This document shows positions 13,600 through 25,420 of a DNA stretch of 64,000 bases, piece after piece. The position numbers and the translations under genes were made by a program. The notes under the pieces were generated by a model. It was not told where the DNA came from, did not search any database, and saw only the letters and a list, made by a program, of their open reading frames with translations. Source of the stretch: Isurus oxyrinchus. Its lineage: Eukaryota. How positions within the stretch are numbered: the first letter of the stretch is position 1; the number at the start of each line of letters is the position of its first letter. The stretch spans positions 62,001 to 126,000 of the forward strand of contig JANJGN010000301.1 of assembly GCA_026770705.1 (NCBI GenBank). The letters run 5' to 3'.

Positions 13600-14200
13600 A
13601 TTGAAACGGACTCACACAGCCACGTTCAGGGACATATCCACACACAACCATATACATATAAAATCATATGCACACACGGACACTTAAAAACATGCAGGCA
13701 TATGCACACACACTAATATAAAATTAAATGTGTGCTAACATAATGCCAGTTATGTCTTTGTGGTTTTTGATATGTATTCGGCTGAGTTGCTTGCGACAGA
13801 AGTCTGAAAATTAGTGATCAAAGATTGTTCACTGTAAACCTCGTACAGAATGCATAATCAAACATACCGATACAGAGAAGTAGACAAGCAGACATGTAAA
13901 CACAGTTACTGATACAGAAGCACATTTACTGAAATGTAGACACACATTTGAATCAACATAAACATAGAACAGAGACATAAAAATACAGTCAGAGGCAGGC
14001 ATACAAATATAATCAAACATAGACGCACATACGGACAAACACAGATAGAGGCACATAAACAGATAAACACAGACATAGAAACACATGTAGATAAGCACAA
14101 ACATAAACACACAAGCAGAGAAACAGTTATAGACAGAGGAAACAGACAATTCGGAGAGCAAAGATTCTGCAGTGAAACATTTTGAGAATGAGACACTGCA
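13600..14200. repeat. Degenerate AC/AG-rich low-complexity repeat
   Basis: Reiterated acacat/acagac/acataa units; the overlapping ORFs are C/V/L-rich artefacts. Confidence 0.7.
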
Positions 14201-15299
14201 ATGGTATCGCTTTATATTTTCATTACCATGCAATGGGCCATTTCAGCAATTGGAGCATCCAGAAACGTATTCCTCATTAACTGGGAGCATTAGCTTCTCA
14301 ATACGATTAGAATGAGAATCCCTTTGAAGCATAATCTTTAATTGAACGGTTTATTTCTGTGTGGAAATAATTTCAAGATGTGCGCACGACATTGTGTCTG
14401 TTGGGCCGGCAAGGATGAGGCAGTATCCTCCCCTATTCCTGGGGTCGGGGGCTCAAACGGCACGTGCAAAGCAGAACCGCAGAGGGAGCCCGTGTACTGA
14501 GGCCACAGGCAGTGATGATTCACATGGACCACGAAAATGCTCACCGGTAGCTCATTGCAAATGGGCTTTTGGTTTGAAGTAGGAAATTTCAGTTGTTCAA
14601 TGTGCTGGTGGAAATACATCAAGTCCAGCCCCTTCAGTCCGAAAGTGTCAACTGAGACACTAGATGAAGTGCAGTGTTCCAGTTTAGAGAGACTGCTTCC
14701 AATATGACGTTTCGTGTTTTCAATTTTTGAGGTTTTTCTGATTTGCTTATTTATGTTTACATCTGTCTGATTGCCCATTCCATTATTGACGCAACTCTCC
14801 TTTATTTATTGATGTTTAATTCTATCAATTTCTCTGCCTAGTTTTCTATCCCAGTCTATTTATCTCTCATTCTATAACACTCATCCCTCTCAATCTAACA
14901 AATAAACTTTTGCTTTCTCCTTTGGTTCTGGAGCAAAGTGTCATTACAGATAAAAAACAGGTTATCTAATCTACCTATCTATTGGTTCGTCCATCTGCTA
15001 TCCTTCTGTCATTCTGGTTCAATGGTTAAGCAGCACTATTTTCTGCACTCGTGAATTCTGGAGGTTCAATCGGGCAGCGGTGAACAGAAGTCCAATATCT
15101 GGAATGAATCTTGATTAGCATAAGTTGTATATATTCGACATCCATATGAATAAGCCCTTGCATCTTCATCGTCAGAACCAGACTCCCATTTTCATACAGT
15201 CCTGTGGAAAGACCTAAGCTAATGACTGTTTTTCTCTAAGATCTTTCCGCCTTGAGTGCACTGCAGCGCCGTTTCTGTTTTATTCTGTCACGAGGTCAG

Positions 15300-15540
15300 C
15301 ATTTATTGCCAATCTGTTAGGGCTGACGGTGGGGAGCCGTCTTGACAAATGAGTGGCCAGGCTAGAAGGTTTTTTTTTAAGTGACAATTGATGATAGATT
15401 AATGGTTACCATTCCCAGATTTTCTTATTTGAATTTTAAGTTCCACCAGCTGCTATAGAAGGAATTGAACACGTGTCTGCAGAGCATTGGCTTGGGCTTT
15501 TGGATAATAGCCAGGGAAATTACCACTACACCACCGTGTC
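15300..15540 (-). mobile_element. tRNA-derived SINE fragment (HE1-like)
   Basis: Reverse complement of the head at 60235-60350 (ggtggtgtagtggtaatttccctggctattatccaaaagcccaagccaatgctctg...ttcaattcc). Confidence 0.55.
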
Positions 15541-15744
15541 CCCATGTGTGGAGGTCTACACTGAGAAAGGCCTCAGGAGACCTCAGAAAGTTATTATGTT
15601 TTGTGAGATCAGCTAAAAGGAACTTCTTCAAAACTGACCACGAGGAGGTACATCAGACCGTGAATTGCTACTGCCACTGGTTGGTATCAATCCCAGCACA
15701 ATTGACATCTTTGTCAATATTTCCATTGCCCAACCTATTGCTGG

Positions 15745-15930
15745 CCTTCTATCCAGCTTCACCTGCTCCACATCCCCCCCCCCCCCCCCCCCTTAAATTT
15801 CATCACATTTTTACTTTTCTTTAGTTCTGAGGAACAGTCATACTGACTCGAATCGTTAACTCTGTTTCTCTCTCCACAGATGCTCTAACACCTGCTGAGT
15901 TTATCCAGCATTTTCTGTTTTTGTCTCATC
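15745..15930 (+). mobile_element. Penelope-like 3' terminal fragment
   Basis: Matches 1960-2160 (ctatccagct, C-tract, ttagttctg..gactcgaa..gttaact..cagatgct..ctgctgagttt). Confidence 0.7.
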
Positions 15931-16102
15931 ATTTCTGATCCACTTTAAATCTTTATATATGTTTTGTTGCTTTTGCACTCAACCCCACTCAGCACCCGCA
16001 GCACCCCTCGCCTGCCCCCACCCGGCCTTTGAATTATTATTAATGCACCACTCACAACGCCAATCATGGAAGCACAGTAGAGCAGAGTTCCCACTCTATG
16101 TA

Positions 16103-16474
16103 GGTTTCTGTACAAGCTCTCGGTATGCTTGTTACACTGTGGCTCATGGCGCAGACATAGGTGGCAGTGTCTGTAACTCGCGTGCCCCTCACAGTCTGGA
16201 TACTCAGTTTGCTGTCTCCCCGGATTGAAGCAGTGATCCTCCCGTTTTGATCAGCTCCTTTTGTGGCCATCACTGGACGTTGGGGTCATTAATTGAGGAA
16301 CAGCCTGTACCAACGCACCATGTCCATCACATTGGTGATGGTGCAGTTCATGGATACGATTCCCGCTTTACTAACAACTATCCACACCGGGGGCTGCGTC
16401 ACCTCATCTTCAATGGTCACTTCAGTGGAGATCAGAATGGATAAGAACAAACAAACTCTGTAAATCCAGAGCAT
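16103..16474 (-). pseudogene. TCR alpha/delta V pseudogene with intact 23-RSS
   Basis: EDEVTQPPVWIVVSKAGIVSMNCTITNVMDMVRWYRLFLN**PQRPVMATKGADQNGRITASIRGDSKLSIQTVRGTRVTDTATYVCAMS has two in-frame stops. RSS CACAGTG (16135-16141), 23 bp, ACAGAAACC (16103-16111). Confidence 0.88.
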
Positions 16475-17964
16475 TATTAGGTCACATGAAATGCCAGCTG
16501 AAGCAATTGACCGCGGAGATCGCGTTCGGACTAGATGATGGATATTAAGATTCAACAAGGAGCCAAATGCCCGCTTCAGTTCAGACTCAGAGGTGCCTTG
16601 ATGACGAAGTAACGAGAGAGGCTGATTCCTGTGGTCTGCCCGCTTCAGGGTTCACACTAGCACGAGTTCACGTTGACTCTGAGGTCATGTCTGGCCACCT
16701 ACATTCACTAATTCATAGTGACATCGGCTCACACTGTCTCTGAGCTAACACGGGGCCGCCCGCATTCGATATTTCTCACTGGTTCACACTGCTCTCTGGA
16801 GGTGCCTACTGTTAATTGCATGCTGCAATTATTCATGAGAATTCCCGCCAAGCTACAGTTCAAATGATAGCTCCAAGTGAAAATCGTTATTCCTCTCTGG
16901 TATAGGTCCTTTATCCGTGGAGTCTCTACATCGTGATTTCAACTGTAGCGCCCAACAATTCCATTGTATTTTCCTCCCACATTCTGGCTGAAGCTTTATT
17001 GTACACGGATCATTCTCAGTGTGACAATGCCCTAATATTAATCCTAAAATCTCATGCTACAGTTTGAACCAATCTGCTTCCCGACATGGATGCAATGCAA
17101 ACTGTTCTGTTGAATATTTGCAACTACCGCTAGTAATACAACACTGACAACTCATAATACTAAATTACGCTGACCAATATAAAATTCTTGTCAATGTTAT
17201 AATATTTTTTTCTCTCCACATCTGCTCCTTTAATCACTTTTTCATCAATAAAGTAACTGAACACATTTCAGAGTCTGGAACTCACCCAAACACTGAACAC
17301 AATATAGGCTCCCACTGCCCTCTGGTGCCATGGAACTGCAAGATGCAGCTTTCCAGCACTTATTAGCTTTCCGACCTCCAGATTCCTTTCAACAATTTCC
17401 AAGCCTAACCTCCACGCACTGTTCTTTTTTCTTTTGATGTTTCCTATTTGCAGTTTTGCTGCTGATGGATCTGCTTTTCATAATTACTTCTTCTCCAGGA
17501 CAATCATTTGGATATTAACTTATCCCATTCCCACAGCTCTTCTCCTGGAACATGATCCCCTTTGCCTTGCACCGTATTTCAGGGTTTGCTCTTTATGCCC
17601 TTCCGCTTTTACCGGCCCCGTGCTTGCTTAAACTCCATTTTTTTTCTGTACCATTATTTTCTACGTTCTGATATATCAAAATGTTGATTCTGTTTCTCTC
17701 TCCAAAGCTGCTGTCAGTCTTGCTGAGCATCTCCATAATTCTGTATTTTCATTTCAGACTGAATACAGTTCCCATGGTGTTTCAGTTCATTTGATGATTC
17801 AGATGAGGGAGGCCATGCAGCAAATTTTGTCTCAAAAATTCGGGGAGGTTCTAACTCCCTCCCCCAATGTGCCCCCAATCCTTTCCCTAAAATCGTGAGG
17901 GGACTAGTCATCTTCAATTCCAGCTGGGATGTTATTTCACACATTCATCGCTTTCTGTGTGTAG

Positions 17965-18300
17965 GTCTGAGTCATGGAGATTCTGCCTCTCAGCTGCTGT
18001 TAAGATAGAAGAAAGAGCGGTGACTTTAAACTTTATCTATGTTACTGCATAGGGCAACATCTCGAATTTTTATGGGACCATCAACATCCTGAAACACAGC
18101 TAGAGTTTATTCTTATTAAATACCCGAGCAGCTCTGAAGATAAAGCAAATTTTGCGGAAACACGTTTTACTGGACAAGTCGACAGTTTGACAAAATTTAC
18201 ACTTCAGCAATCTCTAGGCTGCAGCTGAGCGACACCTTGGTTCATTTCTGCTGCTTGAGACTCATAATGATAATAACAGCTCAATCCTTGCACTGAAACT
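17965..18300 (+). pseudogene. TCR alpha/delta V pseudogene
   Basis: GLSHGDSASQ / AVTLNF / QHPETQLEFILIKYPSSSEDKANFAETRFTGQVDS / ISRLQLSDTLVHFCCLRL with frameshifts. RSS CATAATG (18263-18269), 22 bp, ACTGAAACT. Confidence 0.8.
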
Positions 18301-18589
18301 CCCACCACTATGCACGACAGCGGTTCTTCCTGCCAACGCCAGGAATAACTCTGATCAGTTGTGAAGATCACAACTAAACAGTGATTTAGAAAGTCTGTCA
18401 TTTCTTCCTTTTAAAAAACGATATCAGCTATGCCTGATTTTGATTGGCCCACATCACTCCGAGTCGCCCACTTTCTGTTCATAAAGTTTACAAACACACA
18501 TCACCAGATGGCAGGAGGAGGATGGTTCATTTGGTGGTTTGGGTCGAAACGGATTATGGATTGAGAGTTTTTATTATTTATTGAGGTTC

Positions 18590-18850
18590 AGTGACGCTGG
18601 CCAGATCTGCATTTGTTGTCCGTCCCTAATGGCCCTTGAGAAGGTGGTGGTGAACTGCCTCCTTGAACCGCTGCAGCCCATGCAGCGTAGGTTTACCCAC
18701 AGTGCTGTTATGGAGGGAGTTCTAGGATTTTAACCCAGCGACAGTGAAGGAACGGCGATATATTTCCAAATCAGGATGATGAGTGATTTGGAGGGGAACT
18801 TCCTGGTGGTGGTGTTCTCATCTATCTGCTGCACTAGTTCTTCTAGATGA
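18590..18850 (-). mobile_element. CR1 LINE 3' end fragment
   Basis: Reverse complement of the tail at 28400-28650 (cccttgagaaggtggtggtg...ccagcgacagtgaaggaacggcgatat). Confidence 0.75.
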
Positions 18851-20055
18851 GAGAGATTATGGGTGTAAAGGCTTGACTTGTTTTTTTTAATCGCTTAATT
18901 TTGAATTCGGAAATCAACATCCAATGGATGTCTGTGGTACTGTTAATTAACAAATATATTCATGTGAACTTGGCTATTTTCAATATACATTTCCTGTAAG
19001 TATTGCTAAAGATCAGTTAATCGAAGATTGTTGAGCAAATACGTTGTCCACACACTCCCGTTCTACTAAAATCCATCAAACAGCCAATTCCCTCCCTTTC
19101 ACCATTTAATTCATTTCAAATGCGGCATTTCTCTATTTACCGCCTTGCTGTATTTAAATGCCCCAGTCCCCACTGGCTGTCTGCATCCGGAGCGGGCTGT
19201 ACGCATAGTCAGAGAGGCAGCTCCTTCGATTGGGGGCTCCGGCTTCCCTACCAGAACAATGTGAACTGTTTTCCTTCTCTGTCCTTGCCTTACAGATTAA
19301 ACCTGTCAAAGGGCCAACATTAGGTTTAATCATCGCCCAGTACTCAGATTTGAGGTGAACAAATTCACTTTGTCCATTTCTCCCCTCGCCGAAGGATTGA
19401 AGATCCAAGGAGTTGTGAGATCGTCGGTTTAATTGAAGACAAATGAGTTTTAAGATGTTTGGTTGTGAACTGATGACGCTTCCAGGACCAAACCAATCAG
19501 CAGGGTGGCTCAATCTCTTCCCAATTCTTGACTAAAGCAATTTCAACTTCAGCCCCTCCTGCTCAATTCCGCCACGAATTCTGTGCAAACGTGTCTCCTG
19601 TTACTTTGTATTTATTCCTCACAACGGCAGCTCTGTTAACCGATAGTTTCACATCTGTGTTTCTCATCGTCACGAAACATTGCGTTTAATCGAGCAGTTC
19701 GCTCAATACATAGGTAAGAATGGATTGATTCCAGAGAAATAAATCATTGGTATCCACGGACTTTGACAAATACTCGAGTTTTTAACCCATTGGAAGTTTT
19801 CAGTTTTCCCTCCAAATTGCAGGAAACGAAGGCGAGGAACTGATCTCCAGAGAAGCTGCCAAAAGTTCGTTAAAGGAAGGTTTATTTAATCCGTCCAAAC
19901 TGTTTCTCGGTACAGCCCCTGAACTGTGGGAAATGTATACACGTTGAGCTGCCCTGATTCTTTTCTCAGGTTATTGTTCAGGGTAACGGACCGATTCTGG
20001 GGGAGACTTAATGAAGTGACATTGTGTAATTGAATATCTCTCTGGTCTCTTACAG

Positions 20056-20401
20056 GACATTGTGGAGGACACTCTGTTTCACAGACACCGGCTGCAGTCA
20101 CAGTGAGTGAAGGAAATGATGTTCAGCTGTTCTCTAATTGTACAGCTACAAGCACTGGCAATTATTACCTATTCCGGTACCGTCAGTATCCCAGCAGATC
20201 CATGGAGTATCTGCTGCAGAGGAATAGGTACAGCGAGGACACCAGAAGATTTCGTGGGGACCGTTTTTCAGCAGAGTTGGATTATGTGAATCGCACTGTC
20301 CGGCTGAAAGTGTCTAAAACAGAACTGAGAGATTCCATGGTGTATTACTGCGCACTGAAACCCACAGAGACAAAGAGCTGGGCTGAAACTGCAGTAGGCG
20401 A
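20056..20401 (+). pseudogene. TCR alpha/delta V, open frame but structurally defective
   Basis: GHCGGHSVSQTPAAVTVSEGNDVQLFSNCT...LFRYRQYP...DSMVYYCALKP has C23>S and W41>R. Heptamer CACAGAG (20363-20369) has no recognisable nonamer. Leader remnant ends near 19713 (g|gtaaga). Confidence 0.85.
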
Positions 20402-21199
20402 CTAGGTTTGATCATCTGCATGCCAGAGATGGGCGCAGACAGCCAACAGTGTTCCTTAATAATGGTTATTAAAGGATTAAGAAAATTGCATTAAAATGCA
20501 GCCATTAACTTGAAATTGAAGTCTCAGAACTCTGTCTTCATCGTTAGTACATTACTGTGAATATGGTTACATTTAACGTCAATATATTCTAAATATTTGG
20601 AATAAGCAGCTCACTTCAGCACCATTGAACTCATCGACTGTTAATATTCTACCATTCCGGTGCAGCCTGTCAATAACTTCCCTTCTAATGTATATGGAAA
20701 TGGTCTTTGTTGGAAACATTCTATCCTTGTGTCGAATCCCTGCGGAACCCATGGCATTTATATCGGCTGTGGGGAGCTCGAATTGTCAGTGGGCAGGTAT
20801 TTTATTGAAAGACATCTGCACTGAAGTACAAGCTTAAATATTTCTCTTAATAGCCCCAACTAACAGGTTGAAACGGCAAATACTCCAGCCACAGCTTCCG
20901 TTTGTTGCTCTCCGTCTGAGCCGGCTTACTTATCCTGTGCTATTGGGCAGATTGCTGCTGCTGTCCAAGTTTGACATTGTTTAGACTTACTGCAGAGCGT
21001 TACGAGGATCTGTATTCCTGCCCCGAAATAGGATTTATCAGACAGCAGTATTTACCAGACTGCAGTTTTACAGCCTCAGGGATCATCAACCTGAACAGCA
21101 TTGCTCCACTGCTCATTGCATCTCCGCTCAGGATGGACAACAGATGCTGGTCTTGCCAGTGACGCACCCGTCCAATGAAATAATAGAATTTGTTTCCCC

Positions 21200-21535
21200 A
21201 GTAAAAATCCATTCCCCGCGTGTCTCTTTTGACGTCTGAAGGGGAAAGTCATTTCACACCTAGTAGTATCTTGAAGACGAACAATTCTCGCCTTTTCGCG
21301 AACTGGTACAGCCAGAAACAAGGCCAGTCTCCACAATCCATAGTTCATCTTATCTGGAGTAATATAAATGGGAACCTACACGTCACTCACTGATCTATTC
21401 TCTTCTATGTTAACAAAATTACCAGGAATACTGAGCTGAAGATCAGTCACACACTTATCTCTCACACTGTCCTGGATTTCTGTGCCATGGAGTCCAAACT
21501 GACGCAGCGACATCGCGTATCCTGGAGAGAGATCC
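21200..21535 (+). pseudogene. Decayed TCR V pseudogene (family A)
   Basis: SEGESHF...LKTNNSRLFANWYSQKQGQSPQ...TELKISHTLISHTVLDFCAMES. The RSS is decayed, but the 3' flank matches 4226-4300 and 63480-63590. Confidence 0.75.
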
Positions 21536-22204
21536 ACGCTTAGAGTCCCAATTAGCGCTCACCAGAGGGCGCTCTCACACCAATAAACGGAAACAGTAAC
21601 ACAGCCTCCACTGAGATTCACGGGGATTTTCTTAAAATTGCAACGAAGCAGAGTACTTAATAACAAGAGGTGAGACCCACTCATTAAATTGGAATAGATT
21701 GTAATTTTAAATTGCGTTTACAATCGATTAAAACTAGTCAGAACAAAGTTTAAATGACAGCAGTTAGACAAAAATCTCAGAGTTTATTGGAAAGACAAGA
21801 ATCATGACTTATATTTACTTCCTCTGTGCCTAACGCAGAAATTAACAATGAGAATCTATTATGACTCTCTGTAATTTCCTGTACAATTGAATGAGAATCA
21901 GGAGCCATTCCAAATCTCTGTAAACCATATCCTGAAAGCAGCTCCAAAAATTATCTTTCACCAGTTTGAATCTGTGTCCACTTGTCTTTTCCCTGCTGCT
22001 TAATTTAAAACACTATAATGTACGGATCATTTCCACTTCATTTAATTTGCAATACATTTCTGAAAGATCACCACCAGACCCCTTTTTCCAGATCAAAAGC
22101 AATGAAAATATATTTTTTAAGCTACTTTCTTAATTCTCATCCCTGAAACTGAAGAGCTGGACTCAATTTCCTCCTCGGCAATGCCTCCTTAGAATCTTCA
22201 TTTG

Positions 22205-22560
22205 AGACGGTGGACGAGTCACTGGGCTGGTAAGCTAGAAGACTAGGGTTAGGCACTAGGAAAGCGGGTTCAAATAACAGCCAGTAGAATCTAATTGCAA
22301 TTCACAATAAGGTTGAAATTGAAAGTTAGTCTCAGTAATGTTGGCGATTAATTTAAATTTTTGTCAGAAATGAAATCACCTGGTTCACCCGTCCTTACCC
22401 GGTTTGGCCTACTTGTGACTCCAGTGGCACATCAATGACTCTTAACTGTCCTCTGAAATGGCCTAGCAAGCCATTCAGTTCAATGGCAAATAGCGGTGTG
22501 CAAAAAATGCTGGCCTTGTCAGCCACGCCCATATCCCGTGAAGGAATGTGTATAAAAATA
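22205..22560 (+). mobile_element. HE1-like SINE (tRNA-derived head, CR1-like tail)
   Basis: B-box-like GGGTTCAAAT at about 22266. Body gtccttacccggtttggcctacttgtgactcca and tail aatgctggcc...gcccatatcccgtgaa are shared with the LINE tail at 28560-28650. Confidence 0.7.
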
Positions 22561-22954
22561 TTCTAACTGGCGAATTATTACCATCTGTACAACGCAAGGT
22601 TTCTGCGGACTGCTCGAATTCGTAAACAGCATGTTGAACCTATTTCCATTGCTTCCGGCATGTCGGCTCAAAAAAACCTAGTCCTTAACTCGCAATGGCC
22701 TCCCTGTCTTCAAACAATCTGCTTAATATGATATTGTTCACGTTGATTTTTCCTTTCAGATTTCCTCCTACCTCCAAATCGATGTCCTATCGTCATCTAT
22801 CGTGTATAAAGTTCGCAGGATTGATACATAAGCTTCCTGAAATGTTGCTGCCTCAGAGCAGTGATCTCTAAACATTAAACTTATAAACTGAACAAAAGTG
22901 AAACAATTCAAATACCAAGTCGAATGGTCATAAACTACACCTGAAAATATAGAG

Positions 22955-25225
22955 ATAAAAACAAAGAAAACTGCGGATGCTGGAAATCCAAAACAAAAAC
23001 AGAATTACCTGGAAAAACTCAGCAGGTCTGGCAGCATCGGCGGAGAAGAAAAGAGTTGACGTTTCGAGTCCTCATGACCCTTCGACAGAACTTGATTTCG
23101 AGTCCAAGAAAGAGTTGAAATATAAGCTGGTTTAAGCTGTGTGTGTGGCGGGGGGTGGGGGGGGGGGGGGGCGGGGGGGGGGGAGGCGGAGAGAGAGAGA
23201 GAGAGAGAGACAAAGGTGCTTGTGTAGACAAACAAGCAGTGATAGAAGCAGATCATCAAAAGATGTCAGCGACAATGGTACAAAAGAACACATAGGTGTT
23301 AAAGTTAAAGTTGGTGATATTATCTAAACGAATGTGCTAATTAAGAATGAATGGTAGGGCACTCAAGGTACAGCTCTAGTGGGGGTGGGGGGAGCATAAA
23401 AGATTTTAAAATATTTAAAAATAATGGAAATAGGTGGGAAAAGAAAAATCTATAAAATTTATAGGGAAAAAAAAGGGGAAAAAAGGGGGGAAACAGAAAG
23501 GGGGTGGGGGATGGGGGAGGGAGCTCACGACCTAAAGTTATTGAATTCAATATTCAGACCGGAAGGCTGTAAGGTGCCTAGTCGGAAGATGAGCTGTTGT
23601 TCCTCCAGTTTGCGTTGGGCTTCACTGGAACAATGCAGTAAGCCAAGGACAGACATGTGGGCAAGAGAGCAGGGTGGAGTGTTAAAATGGCAAGCGACAG
23701 GGAGGTTTGGGTCATTCTTGCGGACAGACCGCAGGTGTTCTGCAAAGCGGTCGCCCAGTTTACGTTTGGTCTCTCCAATGTAGAGGAGACCACATTGGGA
23801 GCAACGAATGCAGTAGACTAAGTTGGGGGAAATGCAAGTGAAATGCTGCTTCACTTGAAAGGAGTGTTTGGGCCCTTGGACGGTGAGGAGAGAGGAAGTG
23901 AAGGGGCAGGTGTTACATCTTTTGCGTGGGCATGGGGTGGTGCCATAGGAGGGGGTTGAGGAGTAGCGGGTGATGGAGGAGTGGACCAGGGTGTCCCGGA
24001 GGGAGCGATCCCTACAGAATGCCGATAAGGGGGGTGAAGGGAAGATGTGTTTGGTGGTGGCATCATGCTGGAGTTGGCGGAAATGGCGGAGGATGATCCT
24101 TTGAATGCGGAGGCTGGTGGGGTGATAAGTGAGGACAAGGGGGACCCTATCATGTTTCTGGGAGGGAGGAGAAGGCGTGAGGGCGGATGCGCGGGAGATG
24201 GGCTGGACACGGTTGAGGGCCCTGTCAACGACCGTCGGTGGAAAACCTCGGTTCAGGAAGAAGGAGGACATGTCAGAGGAACCGTTTTTGAAGGTAGCAT
24301 CATCAGAACAGATGCGACGAAGGCGAAGGAACTGGGAGAATGGGATGGAGTCCTTACAGGAAGCGGGGTGTGAGGAGCTGTAGTCGAGGTAGCTGTGGGA
24401 GTCGGTGGGTTTGTAATGGATATTAGTGGACAGTCTATCACCAGAGATTGAGACAGAGAGGTCAAGGAAGGGAAGGGAAGTGTCAGAGATGGACCACGTG
24501 AAAATGATGGAGGGGTGGAGATTGGAAGCAAAATTAATAAATTTTTCCAAGTCCCGACGAGAGCATGAAGCGGCACCGAAGTAATCATCGATGTACCGGA
24601 GAAAAAGTTGTGGAAGGGGGCCGGGGTAGGACTGCAACAAGGAATGTTCCACATATCCCATAAAGAGACAGGCATAGCTGGGGCCCATGCGGGTACCCAT
24701 AGCCACACCTTTTATTTGGAGAAAGTGAGAGGAGTTGAAGGAGAAATTGTTCAACGTGAGAACAAGTTCAGCCAGACGGAGGAGAGTAGTGGTGGATGGG
24801 GATTGTTCGGGCCTCTGTTCGAGGAAGAAGCTAAGGGCCCTCAGACCATCCTGGTGGGGGATGGAGGTGTAGAGGGATTGGACGTCCATGGTGAAGAGGA
24901 AGCGGTTGGAGCCAGGGAACTGGAAATTGTTGATGTGACGTAAGGTGTCAGAGGAATCACGGATGTAGGTGGGAAGGGACTGGACAAGGGGAGAGAGAAG
25001 GGAGTCAAGATAACGAGAAATGAGTTCTGTGGGGCAGGAGCAAGCTGAGACGATCGGTCTACCGGGGCAGTTCTGTTTGTGGATTTTAGGTAGGAGATAG
25101 AAGCGGGCCGTCCGAGGTTGGGCGACTATCAGGTTGGAAGCTGTGGGAGGGAGATCCCCAGAGGAGATGAGGTCAGTGACAGTCCTGGAAACAATGGCTT
25201 GATGTTCAGTGGTGGGGTAGTAGAA
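22955..25225 (-). mobile_element. Penelope-like retroelement, 5'-truncated, probably young
   Basis: Uninterrupted RT plus GIY-YIG ORF, followed by a 3' UTR and terminal segment (22955-23092) that is repeated at 25284-25420. Confidence 0.92.
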
Positions 25226-25285
25226 GGTGTTGGTCAGCAGGTGGCAGCAGTGATCTAACTGACATTGAAAACAAACCAATAACAT
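23525..25285 (-). CDS. Penelope-type reverse transcriptase plus GIY-YIG endonuclease (N-terminally truncated)
   Basis: Motifs FYLLPKIHK, GRPIVS, MDVQSLYTSIP, QIKGVAMGTRMGPSYA, RYIDD, LPFLD, a CxxxxCxxC knuckle and VYCIRC..CGLLYIGET. The first ~20 aa are probably flanking sequence. Confidence 0.92.
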   Translation of the reverse strand: MLLVCFQCQLDHCCHLLTNTFYYPTTEHQAIVSRTVTDLISSGDLPPTASNLIVAQPRTARFYLLPKIHKQNCPGRPIVSACSCPTELISRYLDSLLSPLVQSLPTYIRDSSDTLRHINNFQFPGSNRFLFTMDVQSLYTSIPHQDGLRALSFFLEQRPEQSPSTTTLLRLAELVLTLNNFSFNSSHFLQIKGVAMGTRMGPSYACLFMGYVEHSLLQSYPGPLPQLFLRYIDDYFGAASCSRRDLEKFINFASNLHPSIIFTWSISDTSLPFLDLSVSISGDRLSTNIHYKPTDSHSYLDYSSSHPASCKDSIPFSQFLRLRRICSDDATFKNGSSDMSSFFLNRGFPPTVVDRALNRVQPISRASALTPSPPSQKHDRVPLVLTYHPTSLRIQRIILRHFRQLQHDATTKHIFPSPPLSAFCRDRSLRDTLVHSSITRYSSTPSYGTTPCPRKRCNTCPFTSSLLTVQGPKHSFQVKQHFTCISPNLVYCIRCSQCGLLYIGETKRKLGDRFAEHLRSVRKNDPNLPVACHFNTPPCSLAHMSVLGLLHCSSEAQRKLEEQQLIFRLGTLQPSGLNIEFNNFRS

Positions 25286-25420
25286 AAAAACAAAAAAACT
25301 GCAGATGCTGGAAATCCAAAACAGAAACAGAATTACCTGGAAAAACTCAGCAGGTCTGGCAGCATCGGCGGAGAAGAAAAGGGTTGACGTTTTGTGTCCT
25401 CATGACCCTTCGACAGAACT
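25284..25420 (-). repeat. Direct repeat of the Penelope terminal segment (pLTR or solo insertion)
   Basis: About 137 bp, near-identical to 22955-23092, and flanked by ACAAACCAAT at 25271-25280 and 25423-25432. Confidence 0.85.

Noticed and set aside
23424-24943. Antisense and alternate-frame ORFs within the Penelope element
   Set aside because: Shadows of the RT/GIY-YIG ORF with no independent protein signature.
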